From Betaproteobacteria bacterium (GTDB taxonomy: Bacteria > Pseudomonadota > Gammaproteobacteria > Burkholderiales > SG8-39): a stretch of 41,685 bases of DNA. The stretch is taken from NCBI GenBank assembly GCA_052387375.1, contig JBQTJF010000261.1, forward strand, positions 1 to 41,685, written 5' to 3'. This document shows, one piece after another, positions 20,357 to 32,096 of this stretch. Positions within the stretch are counted from its first letter, which is position 1, and each line of letters begins with the position of its first letter. The notes beneath the pieces are model-generated. The model searched no databases, was not told where the DNA came from, and worked only from the letters and a program-made list of their open reading frames with translations. A program made the position numbers and the translations under genes.

Positions 20357-20832
20357 CGAAGATCCCAACGCCTTCTGGAGAGGTACAGCGCGACCGGCGG
20401 CAACAGCAACCATTGCAGCAGCGGCGTCCAGCCGATCTCGATCTCCGCGAGCTGGAGGGTCGGCATCGCCTTGGCGTAAGCCCAGCTCGCGAGGACCTTC
20501 GTGTTCATCCATTCGCTGAACACGGTGTAGGCAATGCCGAAGAACGCGGTCAGCGCGGCGAGGCGACGCCATCGCCAGCCCTCGAGCGTCCGTTCGCGGC
20601 CCGCAATGAGAGCGAGCGCGAGGGCGGCGGTACCGATCAGGACGTCCCCGAGCGTGCAGTGCACGATCGAGAACGCGATGTAGCCCGGCGACGCCTCGCT
20701 CCACAGCGTGTACAGCGGCACGTGCACCGCCTCCCAGCCGAGGTTCAACGCGGCGAGCCACGGCAGGTAGCGCAGCGCGAGCATGCGCCACGCGGCGCGA
20801 TCGCGGTACCAGAGCATCGCCTCAGCCGCCAT
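20338..20832 (-). CDS. Hypothetical membrane protein
   Basis: ~4 TM helices; WE..HVPLY, HCTLGD, PLLQW; packed into the operon. Confidence 0.7.
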   Translation of the reverse strand: MAAEAMLWYRDRAAWRMLALRYLPWLAALNLGWEAVHVPLYTLWSEASPGYIAFSIVHCTLGDVLIGTAALALALIAGRERTLEGWRWRRLAALTAFFGIAYTVFSEWMNTKVLASWAYAKAMPTLQLAEIEIGWTPLLQWLLLPPVALYLSRRRWDLRWSGQV

Positions 20833-21700
20833 TGCCCCGCAGCGCTATCGGCATCCACGTCTTGCCGCCGTCCCTGGAGAGAAAGACGCTGCGCTCGAAG
20901 GTGGCGATCGCGTATTCGCCGCGCGACGCCGGGTTCTGCGCGATGTAGGCCACCGCATCGCGGCCGAGCGGCGGCAGCGCGACGCCCTGCGCCTGCCCGC
21001 CGCCGAGCGGGGCGCGCGCGAGCTTGGGCTGCCCATCGAAGGTGCCGTACCAGAGCTGCTTGCCGTCGAGATCGAAGAACACCGACAAGCCCTGCGCGCC
21101 GCTGGCGAGGGGCTTGAAGCTGCCCCCGGAGTCGCGCGACAGGAAAACGCCGCTCGACGTGGCGATCGCCACGATGGTGGCGTTCGCGGGATGCACGGCC
21201 AAAGCGATGGGGTCGCCCTGCAGGCCCGCGGCGCGCGAGCGCTTCCAGGCGAAGCCCTCGTTCACCGTGTAGTGCAGGCCGGTCTCGCGCATGCGCGAGC
21301 TCGGCGCCGGGTTCCACACGTAGATCGCGTTCGTGTTCCAGCTCGTGGCAAGCAGGTGGAAGTCCGTTTCGCCTTCCAGGCCGAGCTTCTCCCAGGTCTT
21401 GCCCCCATCCCTGCTGCGGATCAGGCCGAAGGGGTTCACCATGCCCGAGCCCGGCGCCGGATGCCCGCTGCTGTAGAGGCCCTTCGCCGTGGCGGAGAAG
21501 CCCATGTAGTCGTGCTGCGGCCCCGGGGCCTTGGACCACTTGCCGTTCTCGTAGACGGCGAGGCCGTGGTGGCTGGGCAGCATGAGCCGCTTGCCGTCGG
21601 GGCTGTAGGCGAGCCCGTGCACGTGGGTGAGCGTGACGGAAGCAAGGGCCGGCGCCGTGCCGAACATGAGGGCGGCGAGCGCGATTGCCAGTTTGTGCAT
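20822..21700 (-). CDS. F510_1955-like exported BNR/beta-propeller protein, copy A
   Basis: HVHGL, HDYMGF, SGHP, DFH, SRDGGKTW repeats. Confidence 0.85.
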   Translation of the reverse strand: MHKLAIALAALMFGTAPALASVTLTHVHGLAYSPDGKRLMLPSHHGLAVYENGKWSKAPGPQHDYMGFSATAKGLYSSGHPAPGSGMVNPFGLIRSRDGGKTWEKLGLEGETDFHLLATSWNTNAIYVWNPAPSSRMRETGLHYTVNEGFAWKRSRAAGLQGDPIALAVHPANATIVAIATSSGVFLSRDSGGSFKPLASGAQGLSVFFDLDGKQLWYGTFDGQPKLARAPLGGGQAQGVALPPLGRDAVAYIAQNPASRGEYAIATFERSVFLSRDGGKTWMPIALRGNGG

Positions 21701-21720
21701 CTTCTTCTCCAGGTAATGGA

Positions 21721-22452
21721 TCATTTCTTCGCCGGCGAGGCGCGGTCGAGCAGCGCGCGCACCTCTTCGAGCGGGACGGCGCCGCTGTAGCGCTCGCCGT
21801 TCGCGAGGAACCAGGTCGGCGTGGAATTCGCCCCGATGCCGCGTCCGAACTGCGCGAGCCTCTCGATGGGGTTGTCGCAGTCGGGCGAGGCCTGCGGCTC
21901 GATGCGCCGGAACATGAGCTCGTTCCACGCCTTGACGCGGTCCTTGGAGCACCACACCGACTTCGCCTGCTGCTCCGACTTCGGCCCGAGCACGGCATAG
22001 GGCAGGATGTGCACCGTGATGTCGCCGAGCTTGGCCAGGTCCTCCTCGAGCCGCTTGCAGTACGGGCAGTTCGGATCGGAGAGGATGGCGATCTTGCGCC
22101 GCCCGCTGCCGCGCTTGCTCGTGATCGCCCAGTGCAGCGGCAGCGCGCTCCACTCGATCTTGTTCAGCTCGCGGCTGCGCTCCTCGGTGAGATTGCGCCC
22201 GGTCTTCGCGTCGATCGCCTGTCCGGTGATGATCACGCTCGCCGCCTCGTCGACGTAGTAGATCTGCGGCCCGTCGGGCCCGCGCACCACGACCTCGTAC
22301 AGGCCCGCCCACGGCGCCTTGCGCACGCTCTCGAGCTTGGCGGCGCCGCGCAGCTTGTCCTCCACCATGCGCCGCACCGCCGCCTCGTCGGCCGAAGCTG
22401 CGAACGGAAAGCCTAGAAAGGCGCCCGCCAGTACGATACGCGCCGCTCTCAT
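21721..22452 (-). CDS. dsbC: DsbC-family disulfide isomerase
   Basis: Signal peptide, SDPNCPYCK, VWCS, cis-Pro motif STP. Confidence 0.9.
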   Translation of the reverse strand: MRAARIVLAGAFLGFPFAASADEAAVRRMVEDKLRGAAKLESVRKAPWAGLYEVVVRGPDGPQIYYVDEAASVIITGQAIDAKTGRNLTEERSRELNKIEWSALPLHWAITSKRGSGRRKIAILSDPNCPYCKRLEEDLAKLGDITVHILPYAVLGPKSEQQAKSVWCSKDRVKAWNELMFRRIEPQASPDCDNPIERLAQFGRGIGANSTPTWFLANGERYSGAVPLEEVRALLDRASPAKK

Positions 22453-22889
22453 GGCTTCGGCAGAATTACGCGGACCGCCTGCTCGAGCGGCACGTAGCAC
22501 ACGCCCTTGTCCGAGCAGCCCTGCGAGGTCACTTTCAGGACGATGCTCCCCTTCGCGGCATCCTGCGCCGAAACCGGCACGCGGACCTTCACCAGGTCGC
22601 GGAAGGTCTCGCTCTTGCCGAAGAACGCGTCCTCCTTGATCTTGCCGCGCGGAATTTCCACCTCTGCCAGCGGATTGCCGGACTCGGTGGCGAAGCGGAA
22701 GCGGTCGCGGTACATGTAGTAGCCGTCGGCGATACGGAACTGCACCTCGACCGAGCGCGCGTCGAGGGCGCGCGCCGAGATGCGGAAAGCCTGCTCCGGC
22801 TCGAGCAGCTCGTCGGCGCGGCCGAAGAGCTGCGCCGCCGCCGGCGCGGCGGCGGCGAGCAGAAACGCCAGAAAGAGCGCTCTCAGCAT
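22449..22889 (-). CDS. Stand-alone DsbD N-terminal domain
   Basis: LLEPEQAF, IADGYYMYR, QGCSDKGVCYVP. Confidence 0.88.
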   Translation of the reverse strand: MLRALFLAFLLAAAAPAAAQLFGRADELLEPEQAFRISARALDARSVEVQFRIADGYYMYRDRFRFATESGNPLAEVEIPRGKIKEDAFFGKSETFRDLVKVRVPVSAQDAAKGSIVLKVTSQGCSDKGVCYVPLEQAVRVILPKP

Positions 22890-23560
22890 CGTTGCACGAT
22901 GAAGCGCGAGATTTCGGCCGGCGCGGAAAAGACGATCTGCGCGCGGTCGCCCTGCATGCCCTGGCTCACCATCACCGGGCGTCCTGCCGCCGGCCCGGTC
23001 GCGCTCGAGTCCGTCTTGAAGCGCAAGTTGAACTCCCAGTAAGCCTGGGTTTGTCCCTTCGCGTTGGTGACGAAGTACGAGTCTCCGCAGTGACGGATGG
23101 ACGCGATGGTCGACACCGCCGAGGCCTTCTTCAGGTCGGGCAGCGCGGGCGCCTTGGGCGCCTGCGCCAGCTCGCCTTGCGCGGCAGCCTGCAGAAAAGC
23201 AACGAGATCGGCACGCACCCGCTCCTCGCCGATGCCGGGAAACTGCATCGCGTTGCCAGGCACCAGCTCTTGCGGCGCGCGCAGCCACGCGTCGAGCGTG
23301 CGCTCGTCCCAGACGATGCCGGACTTCTGCAACGCCTGCGAATAGCGCCGGAACGTCGGGTCGGAGCCCGCCTTGCGGCCCCACGCATCGGCGAGGCTCG
23401 GGCCGGTCATGTGCCGGCCGGGGTCGACGCTGTGGCAGGCGACGCACGCCCTGAATGCCATGGCGCCTCGCCTTGCGTCCCCGGCGCCGAGCGCTGGCAC
23501 AACGGCCGCGACGCCGATGCCAGCGGCGAGCGCCGCGCTAGCTGCGGTTCGGCGGTTCAT
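22883..23560 (-). CDS. Class I cytochrome c with a C-terminal extension
   Basis: CVACH, GPSL, PGNAM; extra domain WEFNLRFKTDSS. Confidence 0.88.
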   Translation of the reverse strand: MNRRTAASAALAAGIGVAAVVPALGAGDARRGAMAFRACVACHSVDPGRHMTGPSLADAWGRKAGSDPTFRRYSQALQKSGIVWDERTLDAWLRAPQELVPGNAMQFPGIGEERVRADLVAFLQAAAQGELAQAPKAPALPDLKKASAVSTIASIRHCGDSYFVTNAKGQTQAYWEFNLRFKTDSSATGPAAGRPVMVSQGMQGDRAQIVFSAPAEISRFIVQRC

Positions 23561-23792
23561 ACGTTTTCCCGATCTGGGCGAGCGGAGCGGGTTCCTTCTC
23601 CTTGCCGTGGCGCATGCACAGGCCGAGGGCGCACATGGCGACACAGGGCCCGACCGCGACAACGACAGCAGCGAGGCCGGTTGCGACCAGCCAATCCCAG
23701 CCCGCGTACGCCGCCACCGCTGCGGCGACGCCAAAGCCGGCCATCCACCACCAGCGCCCCGAAGTTTGGACCTTGGCTTCGCTTGCTTGCAT
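23538..23792 (-). CDS. Small membrane protein with a PCxxMCxxxxCM motif (DUF2933-like)
   Basis: Two TM helices, GPCVAMCALGLCM. Confidence 0.6.
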   Translation of the reverse strand: MQASEAKVQTSGRWWWMAGFGVAAAVAAYAGWDWLVATGLAAVVVAVGPCVAMCALGLCMRHGKEKEPAPLAQIGKTYEPPNRS

Positions 23793-23804
23793 GAACTGCC
23801 TCCT

Positions 23805-24248
23805 TTATGGGTCCCTGGCGTTGCGCTCGATTTCGGCGCGCGCGGCGAGCACCTCGGCGGACGTCCAGTGGCTCTTGATGTAAGCGAGCACCGCCCAGAT
23901 GTCGTCGTCCGAGAGCTTGCCGCCGAACGCCGGCATGTCGCTCTCGTAGCCCTTGGGCGCATAGGGCGGCACCAGGCCGTTCCTGGTAATGGCGAACAGC
24001 ACGTGATCGGGGTGGTGCCAGGTATGACCGCTCTCGTCGTGCGGCGGCGCCGGCAGGCGGCCGTTGGCGAGACGCTGGCGCCAATCGGGCTGGCCCTCGA
24101 GCTTCAGGCCGTGGCACGCGGCGCACTCCTGAACGTAGGTCTTTGCGCCGCGCGCGACCAACGCCGCATTGCCGGCGTCCGCGCGCGGTTGGTCCTGTTC
24201 GCAGGCGGAAACGATCAGCGCAGCAAGGAGCATGGCAGCCGCTCTCAC
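23805..24248 (-). CDS. Lipoprotein cytochrome c
   Basis: VSAC lipobox, [23 protein letters not shown]. Confidence 0.88.
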   Translation of the reverse strand: MRAAAMLLAALIVSACEQDQPRADAGNAALVARGAKTYVQECAACHGLKLEGQPDWRQRLANGRLPAPPHDESGHTWHHPDHVLFAITRNGLVPPYAPKGYESDMPAFGGKLSDDDIWAVLAYIKSHWTSAEVLAARAEIERNARDP

Positions 24249-25642
24249 GCCACCCGGATCACCGCCATCATCCCCGAATGCTGATGCTCGAGGATATGGC
24301 AGTGAATCATCCAGTGGCCGGGGTTGTCGGCGACGAAGGCGATCTCGGCCTTCGTTTGCGCCGGCAGCAGCACGGTGTCGAGCCACTCGCGGCGCGCGGC
24401 CGGGCGGCCCTCGCGCCTGAGCACCCGGAACGCGTGGCCGTGCAGGTGGATCGGGTGGTCCCAGCGCGTATCGTTGACCAGATCGAAGACGTAGGAGCGG
24501 CCGAGCGCGAGCTTCAGGATCGGCTCGTGGCCGTGGCCGTGCTCGGGCATCGGCTCGCCATTCACCGTCCACGCCATGCCGCGCATCATGCCCATGCCCG
24601 GCATGTCGCCCATCATGCCGCCGCCGAAGTCGATGCGGTGTCGCTCGGCGCGCGCGAGGTCGGGCTCGCCGAGCGGGTTGGGCGCGAGCTTCGGCAGCGC
24701 GCTCCCGGCGCGCCCGTGGCGCAGCCTCTCTTTCTCGTAGCGCAGATCGAGCAGGCGGTAGGCGCGCCGGCTGTAGAAGTCGTCCACTACCGGGTAGGCG
24801 CGGCCGGGCTCGCCCGTCGCGTCGAGGAGGACGTCCGCGCGCATCGCCGGGCCGAGCACGACCCGCCCGCCTTCCGGGCGGTGCGGCTCGACCGGATGCC
24901 CGTCGAGCGCGATGACTACGGGGTCGTGGCCGCGGAAATCCAGGCCGAAGATGCGGGCGTTCGCCGCGTTGACGAGGCGCAGGCGAATGCGCTCGCCCGC
25001 GCGCAGCGCGAAGGACTCGCGGATCGCGCCGTTCACCGTGACGGTGTTGCCGATGCGGCCGGCGTGGCTCGCGTCCATGAAATTGCCGAAATCGCCCACC
25101 ACTCGCGCGTTGCGGTCGAGGCGCCAGTCGCCGAGCACCCACACGAGGTCGCGGTCCACCGCCGGCGGGTCCGGCTCCTCGATGATCAGCGCGCCGTAGA
25201 CGCCGCGACCGACCTGATTGGAGCTGTCGAGGTGCGGGTGATACCAGTAAGTACCGGCGTCGGGCAGAGTGAACTCGTACAGGAAGCGCCCGCCACCGGC
25301 CTTGATCGGCGGCTGCGTGAGACCGGGCACGCCGTCCATGGCATTCGGCAACCGGATGCCATGCCAATGCACGGTGGTGTCCTTCGGCAGCAGGTTCTCC
25401 AGCTCGACGCGCAGCCGCTCGCCCTGCTTGAAGCGCAGTTCTGGCCCGGGCACGCTGCCCTCGTAGGTCCACACCGAGGTCTGCGGATAGCCGTCTCCGA
25501 CCAGGGAAGCGAGCGCCTCCCGCTGGCGGATCAAGCGCGGCGCGGCTTGCGCACGAACGGCAGGCAACAGGGCGAGTCCACCCGCCGCCGCGGCGGTACG
25601 CAGAAAATCTCTGCGGCTGAAACTTCGAGCTCTGAGCGTCAT
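24245..25642 (-). CDS. Tat-exported multicopper oxidase, paralog A
   Basis: [36 protein letters not shown]. Confidence 0.95.
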   Translation of the reverse strand: MTLRARSFSRRDFLRTAAAAGGLALLPAVRAQAAPRLIRQREALASLVGDGYPQTSVWTYEGSVPGPELRFKQGERLRVELENLLPKDTTVHWHGIRLPNAMDGVPGLTQPPIKAGGGRFLYEFTLPDAGTYWYHPHLDSSNQVGRGVYGALIIEEPDPPAVDRDLVWVLGDWRLDRNARVVGDFGNFMDASHAGRIGNTVTVNGAIRESFALRAGERIRLRLVNAANARIFGLDFRGHDPVVIALDGHPVEPHRPEGGRVVLGPAMRADVLLDATGEPGRAYPVVDDFYSRRAYRLLDLRYEKERLRHGRAGSALPKLAPNPLGEPDLARAERHRIDFGGGMMGDMPGMGMMRGMAWTVNGEPMPEHGHGHEPILKLALGRSYVFDLVNDTRWDHPIHLHGHAFRVLRREGRPAARREWLDTVLLPAQTKAEIAFVADNPGHWMIHCHILEHQHSGMMAVIRVA

Positions 25643-25645
25643 CGA

Positions 25646-25737
25646 CTTCCTCTCGGTTGCCGCAGGGGCCTGCGGCGAATGGCGAGCGCAAAGCGCTCGC
25701 CGCGGTCAGCGGGCGCAGTACCGGCTAGAGGAGGAAG
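25646..25737 (-). promoter_or_regulatory. RBS-sequestering stem-loop between leader 2 and MCO A
   Basis: CTTCCTC (25646-25652) pairs with GAGGAAG (25731-25737); inner hairpins at 25659-25676 and 25681-25701. Confidence 0.7.
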
Positions 25738-26075
25738 CGGTGGAGGCGGAGGTAAAGCGGTGGACCGACTTGCGGTGCGGCCGCGAGCGGCGCTGTTGCA
25801 TGCGGAGACGAAGGCGGCTCCGTCGCCTGGCGGCGCTTGTCGGCAACGCCGCCGAAAAGCGGCGTCTGCGCTTGCTCAAGCGCGGAAGGAAAACCGGGTT
25901 GGCAAACCTCCTGCACGGCGCAGGCGGCAGCGGGTCCGTCGCAGGTGGGCGCAGGAGCGCAGCAATCGGAGACAGCCATTGCGCTGTGGCCTGCGAAGGC
26001 AAGCGCCGGCGCCGCCGGCGCGAGTCCGACAAGCAGCGCGAGCGCGAGAAGGACGACCTTCACCCCTTTGTACAT
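25725..26075 (-). CDS. Exported Cys/Pro-rich leader protein 2 (CutF-like)
   Basis: AAGGA RBS, signal peptide, five Cys, C-terminal GPPLYLRLHRFLL; TACAAT box at 26125-26130. Confidence 0.72.
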   Translation of the reverse strand: MYKGVKVVLLALALLVGLAPAAPALAFAGHSAMAVSDCCAPAPTCDGPAAACAVQEVCQPGFPSALEQAQTPLFGGVADKRRQATEPPSSPHATAPLAAAPQVGPPLYLRLHRFLL

Positions 26076-26143
26076 TTTTCCTTGGATGCTTCGTGTCCCG
26101 GCAAGTTCCTTGCCGGTCCTCGACATTGTAGCGCGACCTCGTC

Positions 26144-26752
26144 TTAGATCACTTTGGTCGTCTCGTCGGCCCCTATCGTTACGATGTCCTCGCTCGAGAA
26201 GGTGTGCGGCGGCACGACCAGGTTGGTTGGCGCCGGAGAGCCTTTGAACACCCGGCCTGCGAGATCGAACTTCGAGCCGTGGCAGGGGCAATAGAACCCG
26301 CCGGGCCAGCCCGGCTGCAGCGAGCCGGGCTCGGGGCGGTAGCTCGGCACGCAGCCCAGATGCGTGCACAGTGCGACCGTCACGAAAAGCTCCGGCCGGC
26401 GCGAGCGGGTGAGATTGCGTGCGTATTCCGGCTGCTGTGAAGAAACTTCGGAGCGCGGGTCGCTGAGCTCGCCGAGCACGGAATCGAGCCGTGCCAGCAT
26501 GTCCGGCGTCCGGCGCAGTATCCAAACCGGCTTGCCTCGCCATTCGACCGTTGTCAACTCGCCGGGCGCGATGCCCGACGCGTCGGACTCGACCGGCGCG
26601 CCTTGCGCGCGCGCCCGCTCGCTCGGGGCGAGGCTGGCAACGAAGGGGGCCGAAGCCCCGGCAATCGCCAAACCGCCGGCCGCGCCGGCGGCCTGCGTCA
26701 GGCGCCGGCGCGTGAGGTCCGGCGCGTAAGGATGAACGTCTGCATTACTCAT
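26144..26752 (-). CDS. petA: Rieske Fe-S protein (bc1 PetA type), stand-alone
   Basis: TRRR signal, CTHLGC, CPCHGSKFD, PAPTNL. Confidence 0.9.
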   Translation of the reverse strand: MSNADVHPYAPDLTRRRLTQAAGAAGGLAIAGASAPFVASLAPSERARAQGAPVESDASGIAPGELTTVEWRGKPVWILRRTPDMLARLDSVLGELSDPRSEVSSQQPEYARNLTRSRRPELFVTVALCTHLGCVPSYRPEPGSLQPGWPGGFYCPCHGSKFDLAGRVFKGSPAPTNLVVPPHTFSSEDIVTIGADETTKVI

Positions 26753-26861
26753 GGCGCTAGCTCGGCTGGATCCCTGGTCTAGTTCTAGATTTCGCCCGGC
26801 TGATTTCGTTCCTTCAATGTACGCCTCAACCGGGGCTGGTGGCCGGGGTCCGCGGGCCACA

Positions 26862-26883
26862 AATGCTTCCGATCGGAAGCATT
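26862..26883. repeat. 22-bp perfect palindrome, copy 2
   Basis: AATGCTTCCGATCGGAAGCATT. Confidence 0.95.
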
Positions 26884-26909
26884 ACTTCGGAGCGCCCTTT
26901 TTCATCGCT

Positions 26910-28277
26910 TCACGCCACCCGCACCACCGCCATCATGCCGCTCGCCTGGTGCTCGAGCACGTGGCAGTGGAACATCCAGTCGCCGGGGTTGTCCGCGACG
27001 AAGGCGATCTCGGCGCGGCTGTCCGGGTCGATGAGCACCGTGTCGCCCCAACTGTGGTTCTGCAGCACACGAAAGACGTGACCATGCAGGTGGATCGGGT
27101 GGTGCCACGACGTATCGTTCACCAACTCCAGCACATACGACTTGCCGCGAGCCAGGGTGAGCATCGGGGCGTGATGGTGGCCATTGTCCGGCATCACATC
27201 GCCGTTCACCGTCCAGAACATGCCCCGGTGCTCGCGCTGGCTCGGCATGGCGCCCATCATGCCGCCGCCGAAGACGATGCGATGGCGCTCGGCGCGCGAG
27301 AGATCGGGGACCGCTACGGGGTTTGGGGCGAGCCGTGGAACCGGCGCAAAGCTGCTCCGCAATGCATCCTCGTTGGTGTACTGCAAATCCAGCAGGCGGT
27401 AGGCGCGCCGCTGGTAGAAGTCGTCGATGACGCGATGGCGGCTGCCGGGGGCGCCCGGGCAATCGAGGATGAGGTCCGCGCGCATCGCCGGGCCGAGCAC
27501 CACGCGCTCGGCGCGGCGCGGCTCGACCGGATGGCCGTCGAGCGCAATGACCCACGGCGCGTGGCCCTCGAACCGCAGGCCGTAGATGCGCGCGCTCGAG
27601 GCGTTGATCAGGCGCAGGCGGAGGCGCTCGCCGGCGCGCACGGCAAATGATTCCCGAATGGCGCCGTTCACGGTGACGGTGTTGCCGATGCGGCCGGCGT
27701 GGCTCGCGTCCATGAAGCTCATGAAGTCGCCGGCGATGCGCGCCTCGCGGTCGAGGCGCCAGTCGGAAAGCACCCAGACGAGGTCGCGCTCCACGGCCGG
27801 CGGCTCGCGCTCCTCGACGACGAGCGCGCCGTACAGGCCGCGGCCGACCTGCTCCGGGCTGCCAAGGTGCGGGTGGTACCAGTACGTGCCGGCGTCGGGC
27901 AGGTCGAACTCGTAGACGAAGCGCCCGCCGTGCGCCGCGATCGGCGGCTGGGTGAGCCGCGGCACGCCGTCCATCGCGTTGGGCAGGCGGATGCCGTGGA
28001 AGTGCACCGTGGTGCCGGTGGCGAGCGCGTTCTCGACCTCGACGCGCAGGCGCTCGCCTTGCCGGAAGCGCAGCTCGGGACCCGGCACCGTGCCGCCGTA
28101 GGCCCATACGTCCGTGGCCGGATTGGCCTCGCCGACGAGCCGCTGGCGCGCCGGCGCCGCGCGCAGATTGCGCACGGCTTCGCCGGGAAACGCCAGCCGC
28201 GGCCCCAGCCCGGCGGCTGCGCCGCCGACGGCGAGGCGCAGAAACTGGCGCCTATCCATGCCATGCTCGGCGTTCAT
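26910..28277 (-). CDS. Tat-exported multicopper oxidase, paralog B
   Basis: [30 protein letters not shown]. Confidence 0.95.
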   Translation of the reverse strand: MNAEHGMDRRQFLRLAVGGAAAGLGPRLAFPGEAVRNLRAAPARQRLVGEANPATDVWAYGGTVPGPELRFRQGERLRVEVENALATGTTVHFHGIRLPNAMDGVPRLTQPPIAAHGGRFVYEFDLPDAGTYWYHPHLGSPEQVGRGLYGALVVEEREPPAVERDLVWVLSDWRLDREARIAGDFMSFMDASHAGRIGNTVTVNGAIRESFAVRAGERLRLRLINASSARIYGLRFEGHAPWVIALDGHPVEPRRAERVVLGPAMRADLILDCPGAPGSRHRVIDDFYQRRAYRLLDLQYTNEDALRSSFAPVPRLAPNPVAVPDLSRAERHRIVFGGGMMGAMPSQREHRGMFWTVNGDVMPDNGHHHAPMLTLARGKSYVLELVNDTSWHHPIHLHGHVFRVLQNHSWGDTVLIDPDSRAEIAFVADNPGDWMFHCHVLEHQASGMMAVVRVA

Positions 28278-28331
28278 GAAGCGATCGCGTATTGTCGCAG
28301 GGCTCGTGCTCGTCCTGGCGCTCGTGGACAG

Positions 28332-30629
<2,298 letters not shown>

Positions 30630-30640
30630 GTCCTGAGTCC

Positions 30641-30771
30641 TCACAGTCTTCCTGACTTGAGCGCGATCACGGCCCAGGCGATGCCGAGCAGGCCGGCCAC
30701 GACGAAGCCGATGATGCCGAGCAGCGGCACGCCATCGAGATGCGGCCCGGCCAGCACCATAGCCCGCTCAT
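30641..30771 (-). pseudogene. C-terminal remnant resembling an ABC1/UbiB-family kinase
   Basis: [35 protein letters not shown] resembles AarF/UbiB C-terminal tails; no kinase body; an out-of-frame ATG sits just upstream. Confidence 0.5.
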
Positions 30772-30795
30772 GATGTACGCCGATGCGCGAATCAT

Positions 30796-30811
30796 TTTGA
30801 CACAGGTCAAA
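30796..30811. promoter_or_regulatory. FNR/CRP-family box
   Basis: TTTGAC-ACAG-GTCAAA, a variant of TTGAT-N4-ATCAA, in a divergent intergenic region. Confidence 0.65.
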
Positions 30812-30927
30812 GACCAGGCTGACGCGGGGCTTGCGCACCTCGGCGACGGCCTCGGGCTCATAATCCTCGTGAAGAGGAATAGTCCGCGCGTCCTTCCGTT
30901 TACCAGCGCAGCAGAGGAGAACTCGCC

Positions 30928-31773
30928 ATGCGCAAACCCGTCCGTTCGTTCCAGCACCTGTTGCTCGTTCTCGCGCTCGCCGCGGGCTGCAGCGCGTTCA
31001 GCCCTGGCGCGCTCGCCCAGTCCGGCCCGCTAAAACTCGAGTGGGTCACCTGGTCGTTCTTCCGCTTCACCACGCCGGGCGGAAAGGTCATCCTCACCAA
31101 CCCGTTCATCACCGGCAACCCGGACGCCGCGGCCGGCATCAAGCTCGAGGACATCGCCAAGGCCGACCTGATCCTGTTCACCGACGCCCACCGCGACGAG
31201 CTCGGCGACACGGTGGAGATCGCCAAGAGAACCGGGGCGAGGGTCGTCACGCCGGCCTTCGAGGCGGGCAGCCTGCTCATCGCCTGGGGCGTGCCCGAGG
31301 CGCAGGTGATGCGCCGCAATCCGGGCGCGCGCTTCGCATGGGAAGGGATCACCATCCGCGTCGTCGGCGCGGTGCACGGCTCGGGAGCGCGCGACCCCGC
31401 GGGCGACTACAAGCCGATCTATGGCGGCGTGGCGGCAGGCTTTGTCGTGACCTTCGAGAACGGCTACACGGTGTACTTCATGGGCAGCTCCGCGGCGACG
31501 CAGGACATGGCGTTGTGGGCCGAGGCCTACAAGCCCGACGCGATGATCTTCCTGATGGCGCCGAACAGCGAGCCGCTCGACGCGGCGATGGCGGTGAAGC
31601 TCGTCGCCGGCAAGAGCCCAAAGCTGAAGACCCTGCTGCCGCACCACCACCGTGTGACGCCGCCCCCGGGCGCGCTCAGCGCCGCGGACATGCGCAAGGC
31701 GCTCGACGCCATGGGCGTCAATATCCCGATCACCATGCTCGCGCCCAAGCAGTCGATCGAGCTGTCGAAGTAG
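30928..31773 (+). CDS. Exported MBL-fold protein (UPF0173-like) with a degenerate metal motif
   Basis: GAGGAG RBS, signal peptide, ILTNPFITGNP, DLILFTDAHRDE, AVHGS. Confidence 0.8.
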   Translation: MRKPVRSFQHLLLVLALAAGCSAFSPGALAQSGPLKLEWVTWSFFRFTTPGGKVILTNPFITGNPDAAAGIKLEDIAKADLILFTDAHRDELGDTVEIAKRTGARVVTPAFEAGSLLIAWGVPEAQVMRRNPGARFAWEGITIRVVGAVHGSGARDPAGDYKPIYGGVAAGFVVTFENGYTVYFMGSSAATQDMALWAEAYKPDAMIFLMAPNSEPLDAAMAVKLVAGKSPKLKTLLPHHHRVTPPPGALSAADMRKALDAMGVNIPITMLAPKQSIELSK

Positions 31774-31776
31774 GCG

Positions 31777-32088
31777 TCATTTCCAGACGCAGTCGAGCGC
31801 GTCGAGCGCCATGTGGATGACCAGCCCCAGCGCGGGCAGCCGGGTAGCAGGCGGGACGAGCAGGAGCACATACGCGGCGATCGCCCGATAGCTGTGCAGC
31901 GGATGAAAGCCGATGCCGCAACGGGCCGGATCGTAGATCGGCTCGGCCAGCAGATGATCGAGGTCGACCAGCATGGTGGCGAACATGACGAGCCAGGCCC
32001 GCCTCCAGCGCGGCCGGAAGAAGGGCCACGCCACCGCGCCGGGGACGGCGGCGTGAAGCACCAGGTGAAGCGCGGCGAGCCAGGTCAC
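31777..32088 (-). CDS. DUF6122-like small membrane protein
   Basis: LHAAVP, TMLVDLDHLLAEPIYDPARCGIGFHPLH, HMALD. Confidence 0.75.
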   Translation of the reverse strand: MTWLAALHLVLHAAVPGAVAWPFFRPRWRRAWLVMFATMLVDLDHLLAEPIYDPARCGIGFHPLHSYRAIAAYVLLLVPPATRLPALGLVIHMALDALDCVWK

Positions 32089-32096
32089 TTTCGAAG

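Noticed and set aside
26810-26850. Possible MerR/SoxR-like operator (CCTCAA half-site) upstream of petA
   Set aside because: The second half-site is degenerate and there is no clear -35 element.
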